From Alloascoidea hylecoeti (lineage: Eukaryota): a stretch of DNA of 64,000 bases. This document shows positions 48,097 to 61,200 of the stretch, piece after piece; within the stretch, counting starts at the first letter, position 1; the number at the start of each line of letters is the position of its first letter. A program made the translations under genes and the position numbers. The notes beneath the pieces were generated by a model that saw only the letters and a list, made by a program, of their open reading frames with translations, did no database searches and was not told the origin of the DNA. The stretch covers positions 434,001-498,000 of the forward strand of contig BCKZ01000004.1 in the NCBI GenBank assembly GCA_001600815.1, in the 5' to 3' direction.

Positions 48097-50694
48097 ATGT
48101 CTTCCGGAAATGCTGAGAATGCTGAAAATCTCCCAAGATCCTCGCAATTCCTGGGACAGAGCTCACCACAGAATTCTCTCACACCTCCCCGACTGAGACA
48201 AACTCCCTCCGTGCTGCGAAGAGTCTTTTCAGATGCTCGGCGCCCGCAGCAGACCAGCAACGCCCGCACGCGTTTTGGGCGAACAGCTAGTTCGGAGAAT
48301 ATCGCAGCGAGGCGATTCCAGGAGACTTCAAGTGGTTATATTATGGCCACGGGTCAGACGATTCGCGAAATGGAAACCATGCTTCAGTATTCATTGGACA
48401 CCTCCAGCAACAACAACAACAACAACAACGCGGTTTCTCGGTCACCAACTCCAACTCCTCCATCCAGAGAGCTTCGTAGATCCCAACAGACTATGAATTT
48501 AGATAATACCCCCATTTTAAATCCCACCCGTCCAAGAGTATCCACTGATATGGATGCCGCCTTGGGCGCATTATCGTCCTCCTCTACAACAATCACACCA
48601 TCTCCTATTTCCCCAAGACATTCAAAATCTCCTGAGAGCAAAAGTGGAAGAAAATCTACAGCATCCTCCTTAAATGAATTCATCTACAAAAGAGGCTTTT
48701 TAGAAGGTGCTTGTTCGGATGTCACCGTTAATGCCTTTGGGAAAAGTTATGCGTTTCATAAGTTGATTCTTGATAGGAGCTCTTATTTTTCCTCATTGTT
48801 TGGAGGACTATGGCAAGACTCGGACGCTAGGTCCCATGAGCTGGATTTTTCAGACGATCCTAATATTACAAAAGAGGCCTTTGAGTTGGCTATAGCAAGG
48901 TTATATGGAGTAGAGAATCAAAGGAGAGAATCAGAAATCGCAACGTCAATGATTGCTATTGGGTCCTATTTGGATTTACCAGATGTTGTTTATTCTGGTA
49001 CTGAATGGGTAGTTAGATCATTGGATACTTCAAATCTGTTACAGCATCTTACTTTTTCAATGTCCAATAACTATGGTCAAGCAAGCGACAGGATTATTGA
49101 CAGTTGTAAAGGATGTCTTTCAATAGATGGTTGGCAAATAGGTGCAGCAAAATGGGATGGAATTCCCGAATCGATAATAGCGGATGTTGTTGGATCAGAC
49201 TCTTTTTTTGTTCCTTCTGAATGGGATCGATGTATATTTATAATTGAATTAATCGAACGAAGATTACTGGGAGATGATAATGTATCTGTTTCCGAAGAAG
49301 GGTCTGAAAATGACAGTTTGAGAAAATTCAGTGATACTGCCTCTGACATTGAATCATCAACTCATTGTATTGAACAAGAAGAGAACGGAATTGAACTTTT
49401 ACGAACAGCTTTAAATACTAAGGTTCACTACTGCCATATGTCACCAGAGGATCTTCAAGAGCTTGATGGCATGAAGGATCCAGTTGGGAAAAGATATGTT
49501 AACAAATCTGTACTACGAGAAGCACTGTGGTTACAAGTCAACCTTCATCAAAAAATCGCCTCAGCTCCTAATGTTCCTAAGTTGGGTTTGGCTATCCCCT
49601 GTGCCACAGAGCCTGATGAAGAAGAAGGTCCTTGGTATACTGTTCCAGAATCTGATGCAACAGTCTCAGGAACCCCAGATGTTTTAAAGAAACAGATATT
49701 AAACGGTAAGAATGAAAATAGTTCTTCAAAATCATCATCAAAACGAAATTTGAAGCCAGAACAATCTAATAAATTATTTACAAAATTTCCACCTTATAGA
49801 TTTTCAATTGCTTTTACTAATATTTCAAAATTAAAGATTGGAAAACGGGTTTATACTCAAACCTTTTGGTATGCTGGATCATATTGGAACTTGTATATAA
49901 CGATTCAGAGACCAAAATCGGATAAAGGTTTTCAAATGGGGGTTTATTTACATCGAGTTCATAATAATACAGCATCATCAAAACAGTCTAGTAGCAATAT
50001 TGCCAGCCGTTCATCAAGTTATATGGCAGATCGTTCAATGTATGACAATCGTTCAGCTAATTATATTGCCGATCGTACATTGTATGATAACCCCGATGCT
50101 TTAGTTCAAGTACCCGACGTTACAGAGACTGATCGAGAAGGATTTGATTTAAGTCAAGTTAATGATCAAGATGAGGACATTCTTGGTGGGGATGGGAATG
50201 ATGCAACAAGGTTGTTGGCAAGTTGGTCAACTGAAGTTCAACAACCAAATTTTATGCTAAGATCCGTTCCAGATGAATTTGATCCTGAATTAGATGAAGA
50301 TGTTACTGCATTAATGATGGAAAACCTTACTATGAATAATACACAATCTCAACAAAACTCCTTTTCCAACAGTCATTATACTTTTAAAACTTCAATGTCT
50401 AATGAACGTTCAAGATCAGATGGGAAATCACCAGATAGGAGTGCTTCGCGTAAACAATCAATTCTAACTTATAATGATCCAAGATCTGTAATTTCGGTAT
50501 ATTTTGTTATTTATACACCGTCAAGAAAAAGAAAAGCTTCACTTACTTGTTTTTCTTCTTCTCCTGATTTATTTAATTTATCTCAAAGTTGGGGTTGGAG
50601 AAGTAATAGTATGTGCTCATTTAATGAAGATGGAACTTTAGAAGAAAGTCATAATCGTTTATTAAAATTTATGGTTGTTTTGGGGCAAGTATAA
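48097..50694 (+). CDS. BTB/POZ-domain protein with C-terminal MATH-like region
   Basis: SDVTVNAFGKSYAFHKLILDRSSYF (BTB), FPPYRFS, FWYAGSYWNLY, SSPDLFNLSQSWGWRS. Confidence 0.8.
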   Translation: MSSGNAENAENLPRSSQFLGQSSPQNSLTPPRLRQTPSVLRRVFSDARRPQQTSNARTRFGRTASSENIAARRFQETSSGYIMATGQTIREMETMLQYSLDTSSNNNNNNNAVSRSPTPTPPSRELRRSQQTMNLDNTPILNPTRPRVSTDMDAALGALSSSSTTITPSPISPRHSKSPESKSGRKSTASSLNEFIYKRGFLEGACSDVTVNAFGKSYAFHKLILDRSSYFSSLFGGLWQDSDARSHELDFSDDPNITKEAFELAIARLYGVENQRRESEIATSMIAIGSYLDLPDVVYSGTEWVVRSLDTSNLLQHLTFSMSNNYGQASDRIIDSCKGCLSIDGWQIGAAKWDGIPESIIADVVGSDSFFVPSEWDRCIFIIELIERRLLGDDNVSVSEEGSENDSLRKFSDTASDIESSTHCIEQEENGIELLRTALNTKVHYCHMSPEDLQELDGMKDPVGKRYVNKSVLREALWLQVNLHQKIASAPNVPKLGLAIPCATEPDEEEGPWYTVPESDATVSGTPDVLKKQILNGKNENSSSKSSSKRNLKPEQSNKLFTKFPPYRFSIAFTNISKLKIGKRVYTQTFWYAGSYWNLYITIQRPKSDKGFQMGVYLHRVHNNTASSKQSSSNIASRSSSYMADRSMYDNRSANYIADRTLYDNPDALVQVPDVTETDREGFDLSQVNDQDEDILGGDGNDATRLLASWSTEVQQPNFMLRSVPDEFDPELDEDVTALMMENLTMNNTQSQQNSFSNSHYTFKTSMSNERSRSDGKSPDRSASRKQSILTYNDPRSVISVYFVIYTPSRKRKASLTCFSSSPDLFNLSQSWGWRSNSMCSFNEDGTLEESHNRLLKFMVVLGQV

Positions 50695-51251
50695 TATTAA
50701 TGGTCTAAAAAAATGTCTACTTTTTTTTTTGTTTTCATAATTACACTTAATTGATTTTTCAATTTCTCGTATATATATTCATACATCATCGGAATAATTA
50801 ATACTACTGGGTAACTGGATGTGTGTGGTTTAATTTTTTGTTTATAGCTAAGATTCATTTTTGTTGTTTTATTCCCTTTTCATTTTTTTTGCTTAACTTG
50901 TGTTCCTTGGGGGTGATTGAGAATTGAATATGTTATGTCATTTAATTATAAGTTTATAATCATTTTGTGTTTTTTTGCCTTTACTTATTATTTTTCTTAT
51001 ACTTTTTCACTCTATATCATATATGATAGCATTGCATTATGTATGGAAAAAAGAAAATCTCAATTGCAATTTGACATGAACTCTTCACCTTGAAACAGAG
51101 GCTGTTATGCCGTATAATATCTCGTATCATAAATTTATAATAAAAATAAGTAGTTTTATTTAAAAAGCCAACTGCAATTAAAAGTTTGAGAAAGAAGTTT
51201 CATCATCTACATCTATTTTATTAATTTATATTATAAAAATATTATCTATGC

Positions 51252-52415
51252 TTAATCTCTCCATTCTATTGACCATTTAAGTGTTTCTCCTGCTTTGAAT
51301 GGAACTACACCGTCATCACCCGTGCCAATCAATCGTGGAACTACTATATCTTTTTTGGTCAATACCACATGTTTTTTGGAAATAAGATCTTCATCTTTAA
51401 TGCCATAGAATTGTTGACCATAAGTGCTAACAAAATTTTTTAGCAAATTTAATTTGCCGGCATTTTCAAAAATCTCTGCTAAATAGGATAAAGCATGGCT
51501 TTGAGTATATAGACCAGCGGGTGGATGATCTCTTTTCATTTTATTTACAACAGGATGAGGAGCACTATCAGAACCAAAGAAGAACCATGGTTTTCCCGAA
51601 ACAGCAGCACTAACAACGGCAGTTCTATCCAATACCCTTTTAGCAACAGGTTTACAAAAATTAAAAGGATTTCCTGCCCAATCATCTAAAGTTAGAAATA
51701 AATGATGAGCAGTAATTGAAGATGCCACATAAACTGTGGCATTGGGATCTTCAGTTGGATTATCTGCTAAATTGATTTCATTTATAATATCAACAGCAGC
51801 TTTTGAAGTAGTATGTTCCAAAACAATTTTCAATTTTGGGAAAGCAGTATGAATTGCTTTTAAAATTGGTAAAAACTTCTCTTCAGCATTTAAAATATCA
51901 ACGTCTTCATGTGTGCCATTACAAGTACATCCTAGTTCTCCATGTAAATTTAAATAAATTCCAACTTCTTGCATGGCTTCGAAAACTGGGAAGAATTTTT
52001 CATATTGTGTAGGATCGACACCTTGTGAAGAATTTGTTGTGACACCAGAAGGATACCATTTGATTCCTTTAACGACATTGGTTCCTTTCAAACTTCTAAT
52101 ATATTCTGGTGTCAAATCTGCTGTTAAATATAATGTCATCAGAAAAGTTGTATTTGGAGCTGCTTTTTGAATCCTTTGTTTATATGAGACTACCTGTTCG
52201 AGTGTCTTAACTGGTGGAACCAAATTTGGCTATATTTATCATTAATATTTATAGTCAAATCTAACGTTCGAAGATACCATTTCAGAACATACCATGATAT
52301 AAGCAATAGATATTCCACCCTGTTCAACAGTAGGGGCAATTAATTCAAGCATTTTCCCATCTCTCAAATGAACATGGAAGTCCCCTGGTTTCCCCAAATC
52401 AATTTCTGTTGTCAT
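51252..52415 (-). CDS. URA4: Dihydroorotase, 2 exons
   Basis: Exons 52415-52293 and 52229-51252 (63-bp GTATGT..TAG intron); DFHVHLR, MPNL, GVTTNS, FCKPVAK, GSDSAPH; 366 aa. Confidence 0.95.
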
Positions 52416-52830
52416 TTTTCAATTAACTATTAATTAGAGGTTGTGGAGTAAAATGAAAAATAGCTGCAGGAGGTTTAAATTTTAAATCAGAAAAAAATTT
52501 ATGATTTTAAAATTGACGTATAATTATAATTCCAATTCGTGAACCTCTATATGATCAAATTCGTTTGTTCTCAAACACAAATTTACACGATTTTAGTTCT
52601 AGTTTACTTTTGTGAAGATGCAAACTAAATAGCATACACGTTGTTATAACTAGATGATTGCTGTAACACATGTAATATCGATAATAAGATTTTAAATTAA
52701 TTATAGTAGAAGGCTTATAAGGAATTCGAAAATGATGAAAATTGAGATTTGACTATTCCATTTCACCAAAAACCAACTAAATTTAATGTAAATAAATATA
52801 TGTGATGATATTATATCTAATACATGTAGT

Positions 52831-53838
52831 CTAAAATGTAAGATATTTTTGTTCAGGAACTGGGGAAATAATACATTTCTTTTCTAATAATGATCTAATA
52901 TTCTCAATAACTAAGCATTCCATTTTATACTCGGTTTCTTGTGTATCTGTTCCGACATGTGGTAATAACAATACATTTTCATTCTTCAATAGTCCTGGAT
53001 GGATTGTTGGCTCATTTTCATAAACATCAGAACCAAAAGATCTAACATGACCTGAATCTAAAGCATCAACCAAAGCATTTTCATCGATAACCGCTCCTCG
53101 TGCCGTATTGATAATAACAACACCTTCTTTACACTTTTCCAGCTTTTCTTTGTTAATGTAATGCCGAGTTGACGGATATAAAGGAATACTAATAGAGATG
53201 ACATCTGAGGTTTTTAATAAAGTATCAAGATCAACATATTCAGCTCCATCTTCCAACATTGGGCTTAATTTGTTCCTATTATGATATATTACTTTTTCGA
53301 ATCCTAGCGGATCAATTCGCTTTTTAATGGCACGTCCAATACCACCCATTCCAATTATACCCAATGTCTTACCTTTGGGATCATGACCTACTGGTATTCC
53401 TGTTTTCCAATTACCTTTTCTAAGATTGGTGGCAGCAAAACTAAAGTTTCTCAAAGCGCCGAGTAATAAATATAAATGAGTGTCTGCAGTAGCATCATTG
53501 ACTAGATCTGGTACATTTGATACATAGATCTTTTTTTCTGTCAATAAATGTATGTCCACTTGGTCATAGCCAGCACTATTATGTGCTACTAATTTTAAAG
53601 TTTTGGGGAAATGATCAGAAAGATCTTTGTCAAATCGTCCAGTAATTGTTTTCGAGTCAAAGGTTTTATAAAATGCTGTAACATCATGATATTTGGTGTG
53701 TAAATCGTCAATAAACTCGGATCTATTAGCCGAAGTAGCAGTATCTTTGCGTGCAATGGACGATAAGGCATCCCATTCCTTGGTTGCGTATTTGATCTTA
53801 CCAAGAAGAACAACTTTTGGTAATAAAGGGACTGTCAT
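52831..53838 (-). CDS. D-2-hydroxyacid dehydrogenase / glyoxylate reductase (Gor1-like)
   Basis: AGYDQVD, GIIGMGGIG, INTARG, DVYENEP, LLPHVGT. Confidence 0.9.
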   Translation of the reverse strand: MTVPLLPKVVLLGKIKYATKEWDALSSIARKDTATSANRSEFIDDLHTKYHDVTAFYKTFDSKTITGRFDKDLSDHFPKTLKLVAHNSAGYDQVDIHLLTEKKIYVSNVPDLVNDATADTHLYLLLGALRNFSFAATNLRKGNWKTGIPVGHDPKGKTLGIIGMGGIGRAIKKRIDPLGFEKVIYHNRNKLSPMLEDGAEYVDLDTLLKTSDVISISIPLYPSTRHYINKEKLEKCKEGVVIINTARGAVIDENALVDALDSGHVRSFGSDVYENEPTIHPGLLKNENVLLLPHVGTDTQETEYKMECLVIENIRSLLEKKCIISPVPEQKYLTF

Positions 53839-54449
53839 TATTCAAATGTTTTCTCAATTGAACGTTTGACAACAAATTGGTTACAATGAAAAATTAATTA
53901 TGAAAGCTCATATAAGATCTTATAATGATAAAATAAACAGGAGGGGACTAAAAATAAGGTTTAAATATATTTCCTTATCTGTCGGACGTTCTGAAAACGC
54001 GATATAGTTTAATTCATTGATAAAAAACACTACCTCATATATAGGCTTATAACTACTCATAAGGTAAAATTATAATGCATATTATTGGACTTATAGAAAC
54101 TAAAATTTCTACTAAAAACTAAAACTGTGTAAGACTAGAGAAAAGAATGAATATTAAGGTGATTTTCCAATTAGGCCTACATGACAGTTATATCAATATC
54201 CTCAAATAGATGTATTCACTTTTTGTATACTACGTGACTGAATTTTCACTCTCAATATAAGAATATCAATGATGATCAAGAATTTCTTTATTACTATGTT
54301 CAAAATGATAAATTGTTTGACAAAAACCTGAGAGACTACGTACTCTTGTGGCCCTTCAAAATATCTGTTTTGGGTGATTCGCCTAACTTATAGCTCTGAA
54401 CTTTTTTCTTCGTTTAAAATATTCAAAGAAGATAAAGACTATCTCAAAC

Positions 54450-55060
54450 TAATGGAAACTGGCTTCCTCAGGGTAGCGCGTAGCTCTGCTTAAATAAGCT
54501 GCCGGAAATAGTATAGACTGAATTTTCAGCTATAGGAACGAGAATCCATAGCGTGTAACTAAAAGAAAATCTCTCTTCATATTTTTAGGTTGTCAATTGG
54601 ATTCAGATCCACTCAAAAAGACGACTGCGACAACTCTATCTCATTGTCACAAAACCAACTCATCACGATTCCAACTTTATGGATAAGTGCATTATACTGC
54701 TTGAATATGATACACTCAAAAGTCTCATAAGAGGCCTCTTCCAGAAGTTCTATGTAGGTACGTGAGGTGACTCCAACCACTTTATACAGCAAAGCACCAC
54801 CTCCTTTCCAAATTTCAGCACATACCGTAAGTATTACAGATCCAGAAGTCCTTATTTCATAAATATTTTGAAGCTCGAAGGTCTGACATGACTGTCGTCA
54901 AACATATACTTTTCCAGATCCGGCATCTAAACTTTCGTCACTAAATACAACACCATTCTGGCCTGAAATCATCCCAGTATGATATTTTAGATTACCTTCT
55001 GCTCCTTTGAGTTTTTTCAATCAGATAGAGGCTTTCATATGCCGGAAATCTTCCATATTA
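54450..55060 (-). pseudogene. Decayed Tc1/mariner transposase, copy 2
   Basis: GVVFSDES (54931-54954), TYIELLEE, IFKQYNALIHK, DLNPIDNL (54588-54610); DNA collinear with the copy at about 25.2-25.6 kb. Confidence 0.8.
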
Positions 55061-55507
55061 ATATTTTTACAGAGAGGTTCTTAAGCACTAGTGGTTTTTG
55101 AAGCCAGCGCCTCAAATGTATTCTAAGGGGAAGCTTCTACAACTCAGAAATTTATTTACCGGCCCTTCAATAAATTTTATAGGTTTGATTGTTTGAGTAG
55201 GTGTACACCAGAGCATGTACAGTTGAGAGACTATATTACTTCCTATTTCGGGAATTGAGAAGCCATGTTTACTCATATTACATATTTTAATGCGCTTTGT
55301 TGGTTAAATTTTTTTACAGATTTACAATTGCTTGAAATTTATCTTTCAGCGAATTCTAGAAGTCATTCTATGTATTTTGGATGGAGGGTATTCCGAAGAG
55401 CTTAACAACTTAAGGTTTTACGAGGGCAGCTAGAGAACGTAATAATTACAAGTGTATCAATACTTCATGTTGGGTTCGACTGTTTATATATTCTATTTAA
55501 CATAATT

Positions 55508-57534
55508 CTAATCTTGAAGTAATTGTCTAATAACATTTAATTTCATTTCTATTAAGTCCGAGTATTCTTTTAATTCTTCTTTTGAATAATTATTAATATC
55601 TTTAGTTTTAGAATCAATATTAATAACAGTACTACTCTCTATAATTTGAGTTTGAGTTTGAGTCTGTTTTGAATCTTTCGTTGTAATTTTGTTACCATCT
55701 TTCAAAATATTTGATAACTTTCTAGTTATTATATTATTACCAACTCTATCATCTAACCAATTACATAATGTAACATCATCAACACCTGAAAACCTTTGAT
55801 TGAAATTTTTACTTTGACAACCATTTGAACCATAATCATTGTAATTAATTATTACATGATTTCCACGTATGTGATCCGTTGATAATACAGTTGAATGTAT
55901 AATATAAGATAGATATGATGTACAAATCAAGATTATTATAAGTAAGATAATGATGATATTTGATGGTGAAAACAGAGCTGGTGAAGAAGAGGTATTGTTA
56001 GAATTAAGATTATTATTTTTATCACTGATAATCAATGATTGTTGGGATTGTTTACTAGATGGTGATTTTATTATAATAGTTTCTTCCATAATTTCATCAT
56101 CAATAGATTCTGCATCTTTATATTTCTCATTTTTACTTAAATTATCCAATTTTCTATCTTCAATTTCTTTTTGAATTAATTTAATTAAATCATTGGCACT
56201 TTCTTGTTGTCCCCTTTTGGATTGTGATTCAATCATTCCTTTTATCCAACTAGATCCAGTCCATTTTATAAAACATGATATTGTTAACATTGAACAATTT
56301 TTTTCTGTCCAATTAAATCCATATCTTGTATTTGTTGTAAATGATGAACCACTTGGTACATCAGGGGTTTCAGTAACAACAAGAACATCAATATATGAAT
56401 CATAATTTAAAAATTCAATTGATTCAATTACATTACATCTTGTTTGTTTTGGACCAATAGAATAATTTAATTTTTTAATATATGAATAAGTTCTTTTACT
56501 ACCTGTTGTATTTAATTTTGGTGAAAAATCTGTAAAATCACTTATATTAATTGAATTATGTGATGATAAAAATTTTAACCATAATTCATTATTTTTACCA
56601 AATATTAATTCAAATAATAGGTATATTGGTATATTAAATTCTTGGTTAATTAATAAAATTTCTTTATTTTTCTTTAAATCATAACCAAGAGATGTTGAAG
56701 GATGATAAATAATAGTATTTTTATTCTCATTATTTTCTTTCAATATATTATTTGTAATTGATTTCTTAAATAATGAATCTAAATTATATTTCTTAATATA
56801 GTTTGAAATTAAAATCATATAATCATCAGCAGCTAATTTTTGAGCTTCTGTTGATTTTTTTTCAATTGTATTTTTAATCCAACTTGATCCAGACCATTTT
56901 ATAAAACATGATATAGTTAAGATAGTACTATTATTTGGACCCCAATTAAAACACCATCGTGTATTAGTTGTGAAAATACCACCATTTGGTACATCAGGAG
57001 TTATTGTACAAGTAAGAATATTAATATAGGATTCAAAATCATAATGTTCAAATGTTTCTGTAATTTGACATGATGTTTCTTTTGGACCGATTATAAAATT
57101 TAAACCTTTTTTATAATTATATTTTCTAAATTTTTGATTTTTATTATCAATTTTAAAACTTGGAATTTCTGAAATATCAAATGAATCATGTTCTTTTAAA
57201 AATTGTAATAATAAATCATTATTATTATCACCAAATATTAATTCAATTAATAATCCCATTGGTATATTAAATTGTTTAGTTGATAATTTAATTTCATTAT
57301 TTAATTCAATATCATATTCACATGTTGTTATATTATGATTTAAAGGACCTTCAAATAAATAAGGTGAATTTGTCTTCCATTTTCCATTTTCTTGTAATAA
57401 TGGTAATTTATTTTGAAAAGTTAATGTTTCATTAAGATCATTAATATCATTAGTTTCTTCTTCTATTTGATCAGTTGATTCTTCTAAAGAAGAAGGTTCA
57501 TCTTCATCATCAGAATCACATCCTTCTGAATAAG

Positions 57535-57582
<48 letters not shown>

Positions 57583-58033
57583 CGTTAGTATCATTTTTAG
57601 CGCATTTCCAAATATTAAACATTAAATCAAATACATTATCTCGTTTTAAAAATTTTGTAAAAAAATATTCATAATTTCCAATTGTATTTATATTAATCCC
57701 ATTATTAAAAAAATCATCAACAGTTGAATCAGTAAATTTATTTTGATTATTTTGATTATTTTGACTATTATTTTTCTTATCAAATTGAGTTATATCATTA
57801 AATGATATAATTGTTGTTGTAATACACCCTAAAATATTTGAATAAAATGATATATTATTTTCTGATATATAAATTGTACCATTTAATAAAGTAAGATTAT
57901 CTTTATTAAATGAACATAAAAATTTATCAATTAATCTATCATTTTTGGGAATTTTTTTATTGAATAGTTTATGAAATGATTGATTTGAAATTTTATTTGC
58001 ATATTTATACCGTGTTGATGTAACAAATTCTAT

Positions 58034-58070
<37 letters not shown>

Positions 58071-59137
58071 ATATTGCTGTTATTGTTGATGTTGTTTAAT
58101 AAATCATTTGAGAATGAAAATACTGGATCTATTAATGAGGATATTGATAATTGTGTAGTTTTTTGCCTAGGTGACCTTCTATTTGATGTTTTAGCAGTAG
58201 TAAATTCATTTAGATGCTGTGACATCGAAGTAGACGCTGATCCCGATCCCGATCCCGAAGCTGGAGAACTACTTTGTCTAGAATCTAAAGAATCATCACC
58301 AGGTGATCCGGATAATCGCTTCCTAGGAGCATTAATATTAAATGAGTTGTTATTTGAGCGAAGAGTTGTATTATAATTAGATTTTACAATATTTTGAGTC
58401 TTTTTAACAATATTTGATATTGAAAATACTGAATATGAAGAAGAATCATTATCTGAAAAAGAAGTAATATTAATATATGAACCGTCTGTTTCGTTACCAT
58501 TTTCTTCTTCATCTATTGCATCTAAATTTGGAGAATTGGAATTATTATGATCTACCTTTAAGCATCCAGAATCTGTAATGGTTACCTTGGGATAAGTTTG
58601 TTGAATACTAGTAGTAGCGGATTTACGATTTGTAACCTGTGATTGAAGATTATTAAAATTTTTATCAGTCTCCACTTTATCTCCGGTTTGTGTAGCATTG
58701 ATAAGTCTTATATTATTGAGCAATGAAACAGCAGAAGGTCTAGTTGAAATGCCAGCATTTAAGCCACGACCATGATTAGTTCCATAGTTGTAACTCCTCG
58801 TTGAAAGTTCCCGAGAGTCTCCATTATGCACTGTTTCTAGACAAGTTGAGGTCGTGGTCGAGGCCAAAGCTAGTTGTGGTAGGTTTAATACCGATGAGCT
58901 TTCACCCGAACATAAACTTAACGTACTAATAATACAAATCAGTAAAAAGCCACATCACAGGGGGTTTATAGAAAATAATACATACCGTGCTTTAGAAGAA
59001 AATGATTTATAACTGATGATAGAAGGTCTTCTGCTATCATTCCGTGAGCTCGCTTCTGATGAAGTTGAATATTTTATATCATCACCGGATTCTTCGATTG
59101 AATCCGTATCGTTACCGAAGAATCTACCCTGAGACAT
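55508..59137 (-). CDS. Lam/Ysp2-family sterol transfer protein (GRAM + two StARkin/VASt domains + TM), 2 exons
   Basis: Exons 59137-58986 and 58925-55508 (60-bp GTATGT..TACTGAT..TAG intron, in frame); GRAM GTIYISENNISFYSNILG; two GPKxT..TPDVPxG..WIK repeats; C-terminal hydrophobic helix. Confidence 0.88.
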
Positions 59138-60054
59138 GGTAAATAGCGATTAAAAACAGAAAGAGAAGAAGAAGAAGAAATTTGAAGAAATGAAGAAGGA
59201 GGTTTATAATTATTTTAAATTTTAAATGTAGTTTTTTGATATTTATTTTATGTATAAGATAGAACTGATTTATGTGTGGCCACGTGACCAAGTAGTCGCC
59301 CAATAAGGAGGGCCATTTGGGAAACTTAATGTCAGGTCATAAACAGGTCATTTCCATTAGAACATTGATTGGAGATGTCTATGGTCCTTAAGCAGGTATA
59401 AGGTATTCGGAACTATAAATCAAGGCCTGTATTCTGTGTATTCTGTTAGTTGGACATTTAGTGCTTAATTAACTACTGGTTGGCTGGTTGACTCCTTCTA
59501 CGGTCATGAGCATGGTACTTGGGGCTCAAAGAACGAAGTCATATTCAACTTTTGGTGTCGATACTTCTTTTTTGCCTGCTCATTTTCTACAACAGAACGC
59601 TATTCAATATTCTATTTTGTAATATTGGTCTATTTTGTATGTAAGAATTTCGAGTTTCTACAGAACAAATTTCTGCCATTTGCTATTTTAAAGTTTTCAG
59701 AGATGTTTTATCATCCCAAATTGTCTTTTTTTTTGGCGGCAGCTTGCTTTCGCAGATAATGTCAACAAAAAAATTAACAGGAGGTTATACATGTAAAACA
59801 TTAACTGCTTCATACTCCTCGTTCGTAATTTTGTGTCACTAATTCCTTTTGCTAATTATCGTTATCAAACATTCCATTCTTAATGATTTCCCATTCATGA
59901 TAGCCCTACTGTGTAAATATCAGCACATATTGCAGTAAACCTCAGTACTCAGAAGAAAAATAAATCCAATTTTTTTCAAACCTGCAACTCTCTAACTTTT
60001 CAATTTTTTTCTCTTTAACTAATTATAATGCTGTTGATAATAGTATAGTAACAG

Positions 60055-60305
60055 GTAAGATAATTCTATCCTTTCTAATGATTTAAATGAATAGATTATA
60101 TTTCCCCCTTTTAAGATGATGATGATTTATTTTATTTACCCAGAGCTTTACTGAATTCCGTCTTGGTTTATTCACTTGCAATGATTCTTAGAATTTTATG
60201 TCATAGTTACACTGATTAATAATAGGGGAATAATAACGAATTTATAATCAATTATCATTTATAAATTTTAAATTTATGTTTAACTAACTTTGTGTTGTTT
60301 ATTAG
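60055..60305 (+). other. Intron of a putative non-coding snoRNA host gene
   Basis: CAG|GTAAGA donor at 60055, AACTAAC branch at 60282, TAG acceptor at 60305; no flanking ORF. Confidence 0.65.
60112..60219 (+). ncRNA. Box C/D snoRNA, snR63/SNORD46-like
   Basis: Box C ATGATGA, D' CTGA (60151), C' ATGATT (60181), guide GTCATAGTTAC then A-CTGA (box D 60212-60215), TTAA terminal stem. The guide is antisense to conserved LSU rRNA GUAACUAUGAC, and the D+5 rule points to the A2256 equivalent. Confidence 0.85.
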
Positions 60306-60846
60306 GGATGAATAGAATAAAAACTGTTCGCAATATTTTTTTAGGAATTAATCAGTTTTAATTGATTGATCTAGATCAATATTAATGGTGTGCCTTGTTT
60401 ATATATTTTCATCTATAGGTGACTTAATCTGATTTCGTCTTATCCGCTTTGTTTAAATTTTAGTTCTGTTTTTATATAATCCAAAATATTTTTAATCTAA
60501 AATAAAATAATATTCATGATCACAACTGAACATTGTAAACAATATCGTTGTAGGATTTGAAATACATTGTAAGTTACATTTACCTTAGAAGTTATATTCA
60601 AATTTTAACGTAACAATCATGTATGTGATATCACAAATTAATGAAATGTTTGTTCAAGCTTATATTTAGTTTGGGATTATATTTCTCTTGTTAACAAAAC
60701 TACGATATTTAAAAACTGAAACTACTCAATATTAGTTCTGAATATTTCAATTCAATTGAGCCATGTTATATTATGAGGAGAGTTAATATTATTATTTCTA
60801 GAAGGATACATTATTTCTAAATTTCAAAAAATTATGAATTTTATAT

Positions 60847-61168
60847 TTAATTATCTTCAACAACAACAGTTTGTAAGCCTTTTGGATTTGCAACATTAAC
60901 AACTTCAACATAAGAAAATAATTTCTCTTTAGCATCTTCCTCTTCATTTCTCTTTCTTGAAATTTTAACACGGAGTCTTCGTGGAACACCTTGGATACCT
61001 CTTGACCAAATAGCAGTGTTTAATTTGGGGTCAAGACGAACATCATTTGTACCTAATTGTAATTTAGCAAATGATTTAATGGCTTTGACGGCTTTAGGTG
61101 CTCTCTTCTTGAATTGGATTCCGTGAAGCTATTTACAAAAGTTAGATTTTATTGATAATAATAATAAC

Positions 61169-61200
<32 letters not shown>

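Noticed and set aside
55465..55485. GGTTCGA T-loop-like word
   Set aside because: No cloverleaf or A-box; no tRNA gene was found in the window.
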